Program-made: the position numbers and the translations under genes | Assembly (NCBI GenBank): GCA_051653445.1 | Contig: JBOFWD010000154.1 | Coordinates: forward strand, 1 to 63,347 | Reading direction: 5' to 3' | Length of the DNA: 63,347 bases | DNA from: Acidaminococcaceae bacterium | GTDB lineage: Bacteria; Bacillota; Negativicutes; Acidaminococcales; Acidaminococcaceae | The notes under the pieces: model-generated | The model's database searches: none | The model's input: only the letters and a program-made list of their open reading frames with translations | Told to the model about the DNA's origin: nothing | Shown here: positions 39,812 through 49,506 of the stretch, one piece after another | How positions within the stretch are numbered: position 1 is the stretch's first letter | Layout of the letters: every line of letters starts with the position of its first letter

Positions 39812-40579
39812 ATGGAACAATACGACCCAGCAACAATGGTATTTTTGATTATTGCCGCTTTCATCGCGTCTTTTATTGATTCAACAGTAGGCGGCGGTGG
39901 ATTGATTTCTACGCCTGCGCTCCTCGCGACCGGCATGCCGGTAAGTTTTGCCTTAGGAACCAACAAGGTGGCAGCGATGATGGGTTCTTTTACCAGTGTT
40001 GTTGCTTTTTGGCGTGCCGGTAAGATTCAAAAAAAGGTTGTTTTGTGCCTGATGCCTCTTTCTTTTATAGGTTCAGCTCTTGGAGCTTATGTTGTTTATT
40101 TGCTGCCGGCTGCGCTTATGAAAAATATTATTGTTTTTATGCTGGTCGCCGTTGCTATTTATACTTACAGGCGGAAAGACTGGGGCGATGTTTCGAATGT
40201 CAGGAAATTTGACACCGGTATTTTGGCGGCGACTATTTTGACAGCATTCGGCCTTGGGTTTTACGATGGTTTTTTTGGCCCGGGGACTGGTTCTTTTTTG
40301 ATTTTTGGCTTTTTATTTCTTGGCTATAATTTTGTGACAGCGGCAGGTAATGCCAAAGCACTTAATTTTGCCAGCGGTGCCGGTGCTTTGGTATCGTTTG
40401 CCATGAGCGGCACTGTTTATTGGGTTTATGGTCTTGCCATGGGTGTTTCTATGATTTTCGGCGCGCTTTTTGGTTCCAGAATGGCTATCAAACACGGCGC
40501 CAGTTATGTGAGGCCCCTTTATTTATTCGTTACAACGATTTTGATTGGCAAGCAGATATATGAATTATTATTTAAATAA
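39812..40579 (+). CDS. TauE/SafE family sulfite/anion exporter-like membrane protein
   Basis: Polytopic. GGGGLISTPALL and the repeated half-transporter pattern. ATG 39812 follows gaggag. Confidence 0.85.
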   Translation: MEQYDPATMVFLIIAAFIASFIDSTVGGGGLISTPALLATGMPVSFALGTNKVAAMMGSFTSVVAFWRAGKIQKKVVLCLMPLSFIGSALGAYVVYLLPAALMKNIIVFMLVAVAIYTYRRKDWGDVSNVRKFDTGILAATILTAFGLGFYDGFFGPGTGSFLIFGFLFLGYNFVTAAGNAKALNFASGAGALVSFAMSGTVYWVYGLAMGVSMIFGALFGSRMAIKHGASYVRPLYLFVTTILIGKQIYELLFK

Positions 40580-40612
40580 CAGCAGTAAAAAAATATAAAG
40601 GTTGGTGGTAAA

Positions 40613-43051
40613 GTGGAGTTAGAGGAAGGTAAGGTTTTGCCTGTCTGGATAGAAGACGAGATGAAAAAATCCTACATCGACTACGCGATGAGTGTTATTA
40701 TTCAGCGTGCATTGCCAGATGTGCGTGACGGTTTAAAACCTGTACATCGTCGTATTCTTTACGCTATGCAGGAAGCAGGTATGAGCTCCAATAAGCCATA
40801 CAAAAAATCGGCACGTATCGTCGGTGAAGTTTTGGGTAAGTATCACCCTCATGGCGATTCGTCCGTATATGATGCAATTGTGCGTCTGGCACAGGATTTT
40901 TCCACCAGATATCTCTTGGTAGACGGCCATGGCAACTTTGGTTCTGTCGACGGCGACTCTGCTGCCGCCATGCGTTATACTGAAGTGCGTATGGCCAAAA
41001 TAGCTGAAGAAATGCTGGAAGATATTGAAAAAGAAACTGTTGATTTCGTACCGAACTATGATGAATCTTTGAAAGAACCTAGTGTTTTGCCGGCTAAGAT
41101 TCCGGCGCTCTTAGTAAACGGTTCTTCCGGTATCGCGGTTGGTATGGCTACAAATATCCCTCCGCACAATCTTTGTGAAGTAATTGATGGGCTTGTCATG
41201 TTGATTGAAAACCCTGAGGTTGAAATACCGGAACTGATGACAGCAATAAAGGGACCGGATTTTCCGACAGGAGCCATGATTCTAGGCAATGAAGGCATCG
41301 TCAGTGCATATAGGACCGGCCGCGGTGTGGTAAAAATCAGAGCTAAAGCTCATATTGAGCCAATGCCGAAAAACAAGAGCAGGATCATTGTTACCGAATT
41401 GCCATATCAGGTCAATAAGGCGCGTCTGATAGAAAATATTGCACAACTAGTGCAGGACAAGGTTATTGACGGCATTACTGATTTGCGTGACGAAAGTGAC
41501 CGTAAAGGTATGCGTGTCGTCATAGAATTGCGTCATGACGTTGTACCTGATGTTATCCTGAATCAATTGTATAAACATACCAAAATGCAGGATTCTTTTG
41601 GTATCATTATGCTGGCATTGGTTAAAAATCAACCGATGGTCCTGAATCTGAAACAGATTCTTGAATATTATCTGGAGCATCAAAAAGAGGTTATTGTCAG
41701 AAGAACGCGCTATGAACTTGGCAAAGCCAAGGAGCGTGCTCACATTCTGGAAGGTTTGAAAATAGCGCTTGACCATCTGGACGAAGTTATCACAACTATT
41801 CGCAGCAGTGCGAATGCTGAAATTGCAAGAGCCGCTTTGGTAGAAAAATTTGCTTTGAGCGAGCGGCAGGCACAGGCAATTCTCGACATGAGACTGCAGC
41901 GCTTGACTGGTCTGGAACGTAAGAAAATAGACGATGAGTATATAGATGTTTTAGAAACTATCGATTGGCTGGAGAGTGTTTTGGCTGACGAACATAAAGT
42001 TCTTAATATTATTAAAGACGATATCCTTGAAGTGAGAAAACGCTTTGGCGATGCTCGTCGTACAGAGCTGACTATTGATACCAGCAATATTGAAATAGCT
42101 GATTTGATTGCTGAAGAGGATATCATTATCACTATCAGTCATCAAGGATACATCAAGAGACAAAGCCTTGATACATTCCATAATCAAAAACGCGGAGGCA
42201 AAGGTCTCAGGGGCGGCAGCGGTAAAAAAGTTGACGATTTTGTTGAGCATCTGATGCTGGGCTCTACGCATAGCAACATTTTGTTCTTTACTAATAAGGG
42301 CAGAGTCTATCGTCAGAAAGGTTATGAAATTCCAGAAGGCAGCCGTACTGTCAAAGGAACTTCGATAGTCAACATTCTGCCTTTAGAGCAGGGCGAAAAA
42401 ATAACAGCTGTAATTCCGGTTAAAGAGTTTATCGACAGTCAGTATCTGTTCATGGCTACCAACCGCGGCACTGTCAAGAAAACGACTCTGACAGACTTTG
42501 ACAGCACAAGAAAAATCGGCCTGAACGCCATTACGCTTGATGATGGTGAAGACTTAATCGATGTTAAGTTGACTGACGGACATTCCAGCATTATCCTGGC
42601 AACCCGCAATGGTCTGGCCATCCACTTCAGCGAAGATGATGTTCGCCCAATGGGCAGAACAGCCCACGGTGTCCGTGGTATCTTGCTTGGTGCTGATGAT
42701 ATAGTTGTTTCTATGGATACAGTGCCGGAAAATGGCGAAGTGCTGACTGCGACTGAAGAAGGTATGGGCAAGCGCACGATGATCAGCGAGTATCGAGTGC
42801 AGACTCGTGGCGGCAAAGGCGTCATCAATCTTCGTGTTACAGAAAAAACAGGTCATGTTGTAGGAGCTATTGTTCTGCTGCCACAACAGGAAATTATTAT
42901 GGTAACGGGAGCAGGCCTGATTATCCGTCTGACTGCTGATGGTATTTCAAAGTTCGGACGCAATGCGCAGGGCGTGAAACTGATTGATCTTAATGGCAAT
43001 GATAAAGTTGTCGCTATTGCTGTTGTTGAGGAAGAAGACGAAGAAGAATGA
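40613..43051 (+). CDS. gyrA: DNA gyrase subunit A
   Basis: 812 aa with a GTG start. Active-site AAMRYTE, QRDR region [10 protein letters not shown], and an acidic C-terminal tail. Confidence 0.98.
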   Translation: MELEEGKVLPVWIEDEMKKSYIDYAMSVIIQRALPDVRDGLKPVHRRILYAMQEAGMSSNKPYKKSARIVGEVLGKYHPHGDSSVYDAIVRLAQDFSTRYLLVDGHGNFGSVDGDSAAAMRYTEVRMAKIAEEMLEDIEKETVDFVPNYDESLKEPSVLPAKIPALLVNGSSGIAVGMATNIPPHNLCEVIDGLVMLIENPEVEIPELMTAIKGPDFPTGAMILGNEGIVSAYRTGRGVVKIRAKAHIEPMPKNKSRIIVTELPYQVNKARLIENIAQLVQDKVIDGITDLRDESDRKGMRVVIELRHDVVPDVILNQLYKHTKMQDSFGIIMLALVKNQPMVLNLKQILEYYLEHQKEVIVRRTRYELGKAKERAHILEGLKIALDHLDEVITTIRSSANAEIARAALVEKFALSERQAQAILDMRLQRLTGLERKKIDDEYIDVLETIDWLESVLADEHKVLNIIKDDILEVRKRFGDARRTELTIDTSNIEIADLIAEEDIIITISHQGYIKRQSLDTFHNQKRGGKGLRGGSGKKVDDFVEHLMLGSTHSNILFFTNKGRVYRQKGYEIPEGSRTVKGTSIVNILPLEQGEKITAVIPVKEFIDSQYLFMATNRGTVKKTTLTDFDSTRKIGLNAITLDDGEDLIDVKLTDGHSSIILATRNGLAIHFSEDDVRPMGRTAHGVRGILLGADDIVVSMDTVPENGEVLTATEEGMGKRTMISEYRVQTRGGKGVINLRVTEKTGHVVGAIVLLPQQEIIMVTGAGLIIRLTADGISKFGRNAQGVKLIDLNGNDKVVAIAVVEEEDEEE

Positions 43052-43057
43052 TTTTTT

Positions 43058-43085
43058 AACGGGGGTAATTATAACCCCCGTTTTA
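43058..43085 (+). terminator. intrinsic terminator after gyrA
   Basis: acggggg-taattataa-cccccgt followed by ttt. A second small hairpin, agtcct-gcc-aggact, lies at 43108-43126. Confidence 0.8.
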
Positions 43086-43237
43086 TCTGTCAACATGGGA
43101 CGCAAATAGTCCTGCCAGGACTTTTGAATAAAATTTATTCTATTTTTGTAAATTTTGTGATAGAATACAGTTGAATTTTTATATGTTTTGATTTTTTAAT
43201 CAAATCTTTATTTTAAATCTATTGAGGATGTGAAGTA

Positions 43238-44704
43238 ATGGGGTGTCTTAAAGAAACTGATGTTGTCGTTATTGGCGGCGGCATCGTCGGTACGGCTATC
43301 TTGCGTGAATTGTCCAAGTATGACATAAAAAGTATACTTGTTGAAAAAGAGCCAGATTTGGCAGCCGGCACAACTAAGGCTAACAGTGCAATTTTGCATG
43401 CAGGGTTTGATGCACCGGTGGGAAGTTTGAAGGCGATTATGAATGTACGTGGTAATAACCTTTATCACGAACTGGAAGATCAGCTTGATCTTGATATCAA
43501 ATGGACAGGATCTTTGGTTGTTGCGACAACTAAAGAGGAACTGGCAACGCTTTCTGAATTGCTGGAACGCGGTGTTACTAATGGTGTTAAAGGCCTTGAA
43601 ATTCTATCACCTGAACAAGTTTTTGCTAAAGAACCAAATTTAGCCAAAAATGTTACCGGTGCTCTTTGGGCTCCTTCTGCAGGTGTTTGCTGGCCTTTTG
43701 CCATGGCACTTGCTTTTGCCGAATGTGCTGTGCAAAATGGTGCTGAAGTCATAACTGATTGCTGCGTGGAAGGCATAGACATAGAAAACGGTAAAGTTGC
43801 TGCTGTAAGAACGAATAAAGGCGTAATTAAGACCAGTTATGTTATCAATGCAGCAGGTCTTTATGCAGATTCTATAGCTAAGATGGCAGGAGACAACAGC
43901 TTCACGATTCATCCTCGTAAGGGCGAATATATCTTGTTTGATAAAACAGCCGGTGCTTCAATGGTTAATGGCGTAGTATTTCCAACGCCGACCAAGACAT
44001 CAAAGGGCATTTTGGTTTGCACAACAACTCATGGCAATACTTTTATAGGTCCTAATGCCGAAGACATGGAGGAAAAAGACGACAGAGCAGTTACTTTAAA
44101 CGGTATGGACAGAATTATGACTTCTGCCCGTAAACTAATGCCTGCTTTGCCGATGGGGGCCGCTATTACTGAATTCTGTGGATTGCGCGCTGTTTCTGAT
44201 ACCGGCGATTTTATTATCAGGAATTCTGAGGTTAAAGGGCTTATTCATGCAGCAGGCATGCAGTCTCCCGGTTTGACGGCGGCTCCTGCGGTTGCTGAAG
44301 AAATTCTGGATTTGATGAGAGAAGATAATCATGCTTTATTACTAAAAGCTGATTTTAAAGCCGTGTTGCCGAAAAAAGTAATTTTTCATCGTCTGCCAAG
44401 AGAAAAACAGGCCGAGGTTATTAAAGAAAATAAATTATTTGGGCGTGTTATCTGTCGCTGTGAAACAATTACCGAGGCAGAAATTGTGGCTGCTATCCAT
44501 GCACCATGCGGTGCGAGAACGGTTGATGGTGTAAAAAGAAGAACACGCGCCGGCATGGGACGCTGCCAAGGCGGCTTCTGCGGGCCGCGCGTAACGCAGA
44601 TTTTAGCTCGAGAATTGAATATTCCTGTTACAGAAGTATTGAAAGAGCATGCTGATTCCCAGATGTTTTACGAAAAAGACCAGGTCAAAGGGGAGGAAGC
44701 ATAA
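43238..44704 (+). CDS. FAD-dependent glycerol-3-phosphate dehydrogenase/oxidase-like protein with a BFD-like [2Fe-2S] domain
   Basis: 488 aa. VVIGGGIVGTA FAD fold. C-terminal CRCETITEAEI...GRCQGGFC. Confidence 0.85.
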   Translation: MGCLKETDVVVIGGGIVGTAILRELSKYDIKSILVEKEPDLAAGTTKANSAILHAGFDAPVGSLKAIMNVRGNNLYHELEDQLDLDIKWTGSLVVATTKEELATLSELLERGVTNGVKGLEILSPEQVFAKEPNLAKNVTGALWAPSAGVCWPFAMALAFAECAVQNGAEVITDCCVEGIDIENGKVAAVRTNKGVIKTSYVINAAGLYADSIAKMAGDNSFTIHPRKGEYILFDKTAGASMVNGVVFPTPTKTSKGILVCTTTHGNTFIGPNAEDMEEKDDRAVTLNGMDRIMTSARKLMPALPMGAAITEFCGLRAVSDTGDFIIRNSEVKGLIHAAGMQSPGLTAAPAVAEEILDLMREDNHALLLKADFKAVLPKKVIFHRLPREKQAEVIKENKLFGRVICRCETITEAEIVAAIHAPCGARTVDGVKRRTRAGMGRCQGGFCGPRVTQILARELNIPVTEVLKEHADSQMFYEKDQVKGEEA

Positions 44705-44705
44705 A

Positions 44706-45971
44706 ATGAGCCAGATTTATGACGTTATTATTATCGGTGGAGGTCCTGCAGGTCTTTCTGCTGCTTACAGCGCCTGGGAAAACGGTGCCAAAAAAATACT
44801 GATTATCGAACGTGATCGTGAATTGGGTGGCATTTTGCAGCAGTGCATCCATAATGGCTTCGGTCTTCACCATTTTAAGGAAGAATTAACCGGTCCTGGG
44901 TATGCTTATCGCTGCATGGAACTGATCAAAGATAAACCGGAAATAGAAGCCTTGATTGATACAATGGTGTTGGAAATCCTGGAAGATAAAACTGTTATTG
45001 CCGTCAGTCCGGAAAAAGGTCTTCTGCAAGTCCAAGGAAAAACAATCATTTTGACCATGGGCTGCAGGGAACGTACACGCGGAGCTATCCGTATTCCTGG
45101 TGAAAGACCTGCAGGTGTTTTTACTGCCGGTGCGGCACAACGTATGGTTAACATGGAGGGCTTCTTGCCTGGCAAGAAAATCGTTATTCTCGGCAGCGGC
45201 GATATTGGTTTGATTATGGCTCGCCGCATGAGTTTAGAAGGCTGCAAAGTAGAAGCGGTGTTGGAAATTTGTCCTTTCTCCAATGGTTTGACCAGAAACA
45301 TTGTACAATGCCTGGAAGATTATGATATTCCGTTATACTTATCTCATACTATCGTCAAAATTCACGGGCATGAACGCGTAACCGGCGTCACTGTTGCCAA
45401 AGTTGATGAAAAAATGCAGCCTATTGCAGGTACTGAGTTTGATATAGATTGTGATACTGTGCTGTTGTCCGTCGGGTTGATACCTGAAAATGAATTGTCC
45501 AGAGGTCTGCATCTTGATATGCATCCTCTGACCAGCGGACCGATTGTTGACCAACGTCGTCAAACCAGTATGCCTGGGGTCTTTGCGGCAGGTAATGTGG
45601 TTCATGTGCATGATTTGGTTGATTTTGTTTCTGAAGAGGCGGAAATTGCCGGCAAGTTTGCTGCGTTGACTGCTGCAGGCAAGCTGGATGACGAATTAAC
45701 TGCTGTTAATGTCGAAGCTGCTAATGGCATTCGTACTTGTGTACCGCAAAAACTTTCCTTGCCTCAGCAAGGTGAAGCTGCCCGGCTCTTTATGCGTGTT
45801 GCTAATCCGGAACATAAGGTAAAACTGGAAGTAAAAAGCGGCGACACCTTAATTATGAGCAAAATGCTGCTCGTTGCTAAACCGAGTGAGATGATAGCTC
45901 TTGATTTGCCATCTGAAAAAACGAAATTAATCAAAGGCTCATTGACAGTCGCTTTGAATCGGGAGGCATGA
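44706..45971 (+). CDS. NAD(P)/FAD-dependent pyridine nucleotide-disulfide-type oxidoreductase (partner subunit)
   Basis: MSQIYDVIIIGGGPAGLSAA... with a second dinucleotide fold, ILGSGDIG. ATG 44706 lies 2 nt after the upstream stop. Confidence 0.85.
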   Translation: MSQIYDVIIIGGGPAGLSAAYSAWENGAKKILIIERDRELGGILQQCIHNGFGLHHFKEELTGPGYAYRCMELIKDKPEIEALIDTMVLEILEDKTVIAVSPEKGLLQVQGKTIILTMGCRERTRGAIRIPGERPAGVFTAGAAQRMVNMEGFLPGKKIVILGSGDIGLIMARRMSLEGCKVEAVLEICPFSNGLTRNIVQCLEDYDIPLYLSHTIVKIHGHERVTGVTVAKVDEKMQPIAGTEFDIDCDTVLLSVGLIPENELSRGLHLDMHPLTSGPIVDQRRQTSMPGVFAAGNVVHVHDLVDFVSEEAEIAGKFAALTAAGKLDDELTAVNVEAANGIRTCVPQKLSLPQQGEAARLFMRVANPEHKVKLEVKSGDTLIMSKMLLVAKPSEMIALDLPSEKTKLIKGSLTVALNREA

Positions 45972-46348
45972 TGATGGCTGTAGATAAACGTGTTATGACT
46001 TGTATTGTTTGCCCGCGTGGTTGTGAAATGACTGCTTCTATTACTGATGGAGTTGTGACCGAAGTAGTAGGCAACAGCTGTCCCAGGGGAAAAAAATATG
46101 CCGAAGAGGAGATCTTAGCTCCTAAAAGAATGCTGACCTCGACCGTGCGTGTGAAAAACGGTACGCTTGCTTTGCTGCCGGTAGTTTCCAAGGCAAGTCT
46201 GCCAAAAGAAAAAATATTGGCTTGTGCGGAAGTTTTGCGTAGGGTGACTGTTGAAGCTCCGGTAGCTGAAGGGCAAGTAATTTGTTCAAATATTCTTGGG
46301 CTGGGTGTTGATATTGTTGCGAGCCGTTCGATGGAAGCGGTTAGTTAA
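45968..46348 (+). CDS. DUF1667 domain protein (third component of the cluster)
   Basis: 126 aa. CIVCPRGC...CPRGKKY cysteine motifs. Usual partner of the two preceding genes in anaerobic Firmicutes. Confidence 0.8.
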   Translation: MMMAVDKRVMTCIVCPRGCEMTASITDGVVTEVVGNSCPRGKKYAEEEILAPKRMLTSTVRVKNGTLALLPVVSKASLPKEKILACAEVLRRVTVEAPVAEGQVICSNILGLGVDIVASRSMEAVS

Positions 46349-46365
46349 AAATAATAAGTTTTAAA

Positions 46366-46406
46366 ATGGGCTGTCTCAATGAAAAAATTGAGACAGCCCA
46401 TTTTTT
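46366..46406 (+). terminator. intrinsic terminator after the DUF1667 gene
   Basis: atgggctgtctcaa-tgaaaaaa-ttgagacagcccat followed by ttttt. Confidence 0.9.
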
Positions 46407-46496
46407 ATGATAATAACTTTTGGTGAGAGGCGGTTCATTGCATTTATTAAGCCTATAGTTTATGATAGAGTGAAAAATTAAGAATAGAGGAATCAT

Positions 46497-47387
46497 ATGA
46501 AAGCAAACGGAAGTTTTGGCCAGGGCGTGATTTTCAGTCTTGGTTCCTATGTAATATGGGGCATATTGCCTATTTACTGGAAAAGCATCCAGGGCGTTGC
46601 CACTTTTGAAATATTGGCCAACAGAATCATCTGGTCTGTGGTGTTTGTCGGTATTTTGCTGAAGCTGACGGGTAGATGGAGCGTTTTTATTGAGGAAACC
46701 AAGGGCATCATCGCCAATCGCAATAAACTAGCAGCACTTATGGCAGCGGGACTGACAATCCTTGTTAATTGGGGTATCTTCATTTGGGCGGTCGCCGAAG
46801 GTCATATCATAGAAACAAGTATGGGTTATTACATCAATCCGCTCGTCAGCGTTTTGATGGGCGTTTTTTATCTGCATGAAAAGCTGGATAATGCAATCAA
46901 GGCAGCTGTTTTATTAGCGGCCATCGGCGTAGTCAGTATGATTTGGAGCGTTGGCGTATTCCCATGGATTTCTATCAGTCTTGCTTTAAGTTTTGCGTTT
47001 TATGGCTTGATTAAGAAAACCCTGGTGGTGGAAACCATGACGAGCATTATTCTGGAGACTTTTGTTGTGTCGCCTTTTGCTATCGCTTATCTTTATTATC
47101 TTGCAGACGTGGGGAATGCGGCCTGGCAGCATAGTGATGCGGTGACGCTGCTACTCTTGGCTGGTGCCGGCGTGGTGACCGCGACACCGTTGATTTTATT
47201 TACCGCGGGAGCTAAACTGCTGCCGTTAAGCGTTGTCGGTTTCTTGCAGTATGTTTCTCCTACTATTACTTTATTGCTCGGAATTTTTGTCTATGACGAG
47301 AAATTTACCTTCAATCATTTGCTGTCTTTTGGCTGGATTTGGCTTGGATTAATAGTCTTTTCTTTCGCTCAATTTCGCAGGCGCTGA
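46497..47387 (+). CDS. rarD: EamA-family transporter RarD
   Basis: 296 aa with 10 predicted TM segments. GVIFSLGSYVIWGILPIYWK and YINPLVSVLMG blocks are typical of RarD. Confidence 0.85.
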   Translation: MKANGSFGQGVIFSLGSYVIWGILPIYWKSIQGVATFEILANRIIWSVVFVGILLKLTGRWSVFIEETKGIIANRNKLAALMAAGLTILVNWGIFIWAVAEGHIIETSMGYYINPLVSVLMGVFYLHEKLDNAIKAAVLLAAIGVVSMIWSVGVFPWISISLALSFAFYGLIKKTLVVETMTSIILETFVVSPFAIAYLYYLADVGNAAWQHSDAVTLLLLAGAGVVTATPLILFTAGAKLLPLSVVGFLQYVSPTITLLLGIFVYDEKFTFNHLLSFGWIWLGLIVFSFAQFRRR

Positions 47388-47413
47388 CCCAATATATTGT
47401 GTTCGGTGGAAAA

Positions 47414-47647
47414 AGTGGATAATATCAACAAAGTTATCCACAGGGTGTTGATAAAAATGGGAAAAGATGGATATGAAAATAGAAATATTAAAGATTTTGA
47501 CGAAAAATATGGGAAATAATGTGGAAACATTCAAAGATATCCACAAAAAACAGTTGATAACTTGTTAATAACGGTTGATAACTATTTTACAAATTTACGG
47601 CAGACTACAATATATAGTAAAAGTTAATAGATTTTGTCAGCGGATAA
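47414..47647. other. extra-origin DnaA-box cluster
   Basis: ttatccaca (47434-47442, 9/9). agtggataa (47414-47422), tgttgataa (47446-47454) and atatccaca (47537-47545) are all 8/9. 7/9 boxes lie at 47520-47528, 47552-47560, 47573-47581 and 47639-47647. Non-coding spacer. Confidence 0.7.
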
Positions 47648-47662
47648 CTTATTTTATAGGAC

Positions 47663-47691
47663 TTGCATCAAAGCACACATACGTAGATAAT
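47663..47691 (+). promoter_or_regulatory. sigma-A-type promoter for the 47743 gene
   Basis: TTGCAT-17 nt-GATAAT. Confidence 0.45.
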
Positions 47692-47742
47692 ATTTAAGAG
47701 AGTATTTTATACGAAAAGTTACATAAATGGAGGATAAGTTTT

Positions 47743-49119
47743 ATGGCAATTAAACAGGTTGGAGCAATAAAAGCAATGGAAGCAGCAGCAGAGGGAAAGG
47801 TTATAGTGCCTTCACTCAGTGAAATCAATGGTGGCTGGTTGGCCATGGTCGAAACCACGAATGGCAGAAAATTGGTCTGCGCAGCGACGAAGGAGTGCCA
47901 GGTAGTTTCCATGTTTAAGGCTGAAAGCGAAAGCATGGAGAATGGTATTAGTATAAAAATCATGGGACTTAATTCGAATAATGCGGCCGCGTTAAGGCGT
48001 CTTGTTAAATGGGCAGGCCCAACAGCCTGTGGAACCAAAGGAATGAGCATTGGTTTCAGCGATTGGCTGGGTAATGCCGAGGAGTACCTGACACCGTTTT
48101 TTAGCAAAAAACAAATCAAACCCGTTTTCGTAGAATACACGGCTTCTGACAGCACTGTACTGCAGCGCAATTTTCTCGAAGCAATTGACGCGGCTACCTG
48201 GGCTGTTTTTGCAACAGGCTACAAGGAAGGGTATGCTGCCAGTGCAACACGCCTGACTAAGGAAGAGGATATTGTCAAAGTATTGCTTTATGGTTACAGC
48301 ATGATAGGTCTTGATTTTTCTGATAAAATCAACCTCGAGATTGATGGTTTGACGGACCTTGCGGTAGAAGAGCGGTATCTCGAATTGTCTCAGGAATTCA
48401 GAGATGCGGTTGAAGGGTCATACCTCGCCGCTCCGGTGAAAGTTGGCAATGAAACACTTTGTTATACGCCTGCGGTCTTAAGACGGATTATTTTGCAATA
48501 TGGCGAAGTTATTATGCATGCGCAGTCCATGTATAATTCTTATTTGAAAAACACACCATGGGATATCGATTTTGAGCTTTACCTGTCCAAAGAAGGAAAA
48601 AACATTACGCCGGAAGAACATTACCTTGTTGGCCACGAACTTACACGCAACAAAGTGAAATTGACCGGGATCGGATTGGATGCTGTTATTGAAAAAAGGG
48701 CTTTGCAGGAGGATATCCGTATTCATGCTGCTATCGCAGAAGCATGTAATTATCGTTTAAGTATTGCCAATGCAGATCTTATGGCCGCGAATTTTAATGA
48801 TGTTGCCAAAGTATTGAAAACCAGGGTTTATTTTAAATTTGAAAATATTTTGTGGCTCAGCGCTTTGCAGTGCGTTGCAGACAAAGAGCCGGCACTACTG
48901 GCGGAAATGGCAGCATTGGCAGGTATAAGTCAGGTCGAGGCTGCGGAATTGGTGCCGGAGAAGGAACAGGGTAAAGCATACGCCGGCCTTTACGGCAAGT
49001 TTTTGTCGCCTGCCAGTGGCAATTTCACTGCTAAAATTCAAGAGGTTTTGGCAGCAAATACGGACATCTATTGCAAAAATATTACAGTAATGGTTGAAAA
49101 ATATTTAAAAAATTGTTAA
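47743..49119 (+). CDS. uncharacterised protein, possibly a divergent UxaE (tagaturonate/fructuronate epimerase)-like TIM-barrel homolog
   Basis: 458 aa with RBS ggagga. Blocks DAATWAVFATGYKEGY and SMIGLDFSD resemble my recollection of Thermotoga UxaE (DDATWGVFQEGYSEGF, TMFTIDPSD). The CDS itself is solid. The family call is from memory only. Confidence 0.45.
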   Translation: MAIKQVGAIKAMEAAAEGKVIVPSLSEINGGWLAMVETTNGRKLVCAATKECQVVSMFKAESESMENGISIKIMGLNSNNAAALRRLVKWAGPTACGTKGMSIGFSDWLGNAEEYLTPFFSKKQIKPVFVEYTASDSTVLQRNFLEAIDAATWAVFATGYKEGYAASATRLTKEEDIVKVLLYGYSMIGLDFSDKINLEIDGLTDLAVEERYLELSQEFRDAVEGSYLAAPVKVGNETLCYTPAVLRRIILQYGEVIMHAQSMYNSYLKNTPWDIDFELYLSKEGKNITPEEHYLVGHELTRNKVKLTGIGLDAVIEKRALQEDIRIHAAIAEACNYRLSIANADLMAANFNDVAKVLKTRVYFKFENILWLSALQCVADKEPALLAEMAALAGISQVEAAELVPEKEQGKAYAGLYGKFLSPASGNFTAKIQEVLAANTDIYCKNITVMVEKYLKNC

Positions 49120-49168
49120 ATATTGCAAAAGTGTTACTTGTTTAACAAATATTTCTCTTCGAAATTAA

Positions 49169-49197
49169 TTGACAAACAATAGAATAAATAGGATAAT
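49169..49197 (+). promoter_or_regulatory. sigma-A-type promoter of the T-box-controlled ilv unit
   Basis: TTGACA-17 nt-GATAAT. Confidence 0.55.
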
Positions 49198-49224
49198 ATT
49201 TCTAACTTCATAAGTTTATTTAAA

Positions 49225-49468
49225 GGTTATGATTGGGAAGAAAGTCAGGATGCAAAGTCGCAGAGAGCCGATGGTTGGTGGGAATCGGTACGGAGCCCTG
49301 GTCGAGTAAATCACCCATGAACTCGTCAGCGAAAGGAAAGCCAAGTAGCATGATGCGCAGCAGGCACGTTAAGTCTGAGCCGGTTGATGGACTGGTGCGA
49401 AAAGTAATAAATTAGGGTGGTACCGCGTATTTTACGCCCCTGCTTCGGCAGGGGCGTTTTTATTTTTT
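49225..49468 (+). promoter_or_regulatory. T-box riboswitch leader with terminator
   Basis: AGAGAG bulge (49262-49267). Distal hairpin ccgat-GGTTGGTGGGAA-atcgg. T-box sequence aattagggtggtaccgcg (49410-49427). Terminator acgcccctgc-ttcg-gcaggggcgt plus T-run (49434-49468). ATGA on both strands at the stem I base (K-turn-like). Confidence 0.88.
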
Positions 49469-49506
49469 CTGTCCATCACAAAACAAAATTCGAGGAGGCT
49501 ATTACA

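Noticed and set aside
47694-48170. 158-aa minus-strand ORF over the start of the 47743 gene
   Set aside because: It overlaps the promoter and RBS of the much longer plus-strand ORF and would run into the DnaA-box spacer. Its sequence is low-information.
49322-49324. CUC (Leu) as the T-box specifier, by analogy with the B. subtilis ilv-leu leader (gaaCUCg)
   Set aside because: In my hand fold this triplet lies 3' of the stem I K-turn, not in the specifier loop. AUC at 49310-49312 sits in the canonical position. I keep CUC as the alternative to test, not as the call.
49233-49415. 60-aa ORF (MGRKSGCKVAESRWLVGIG...)
   Set aside because: It lies entirely within the T-box leader RNA, and its codons are the stem I/II/III structure.
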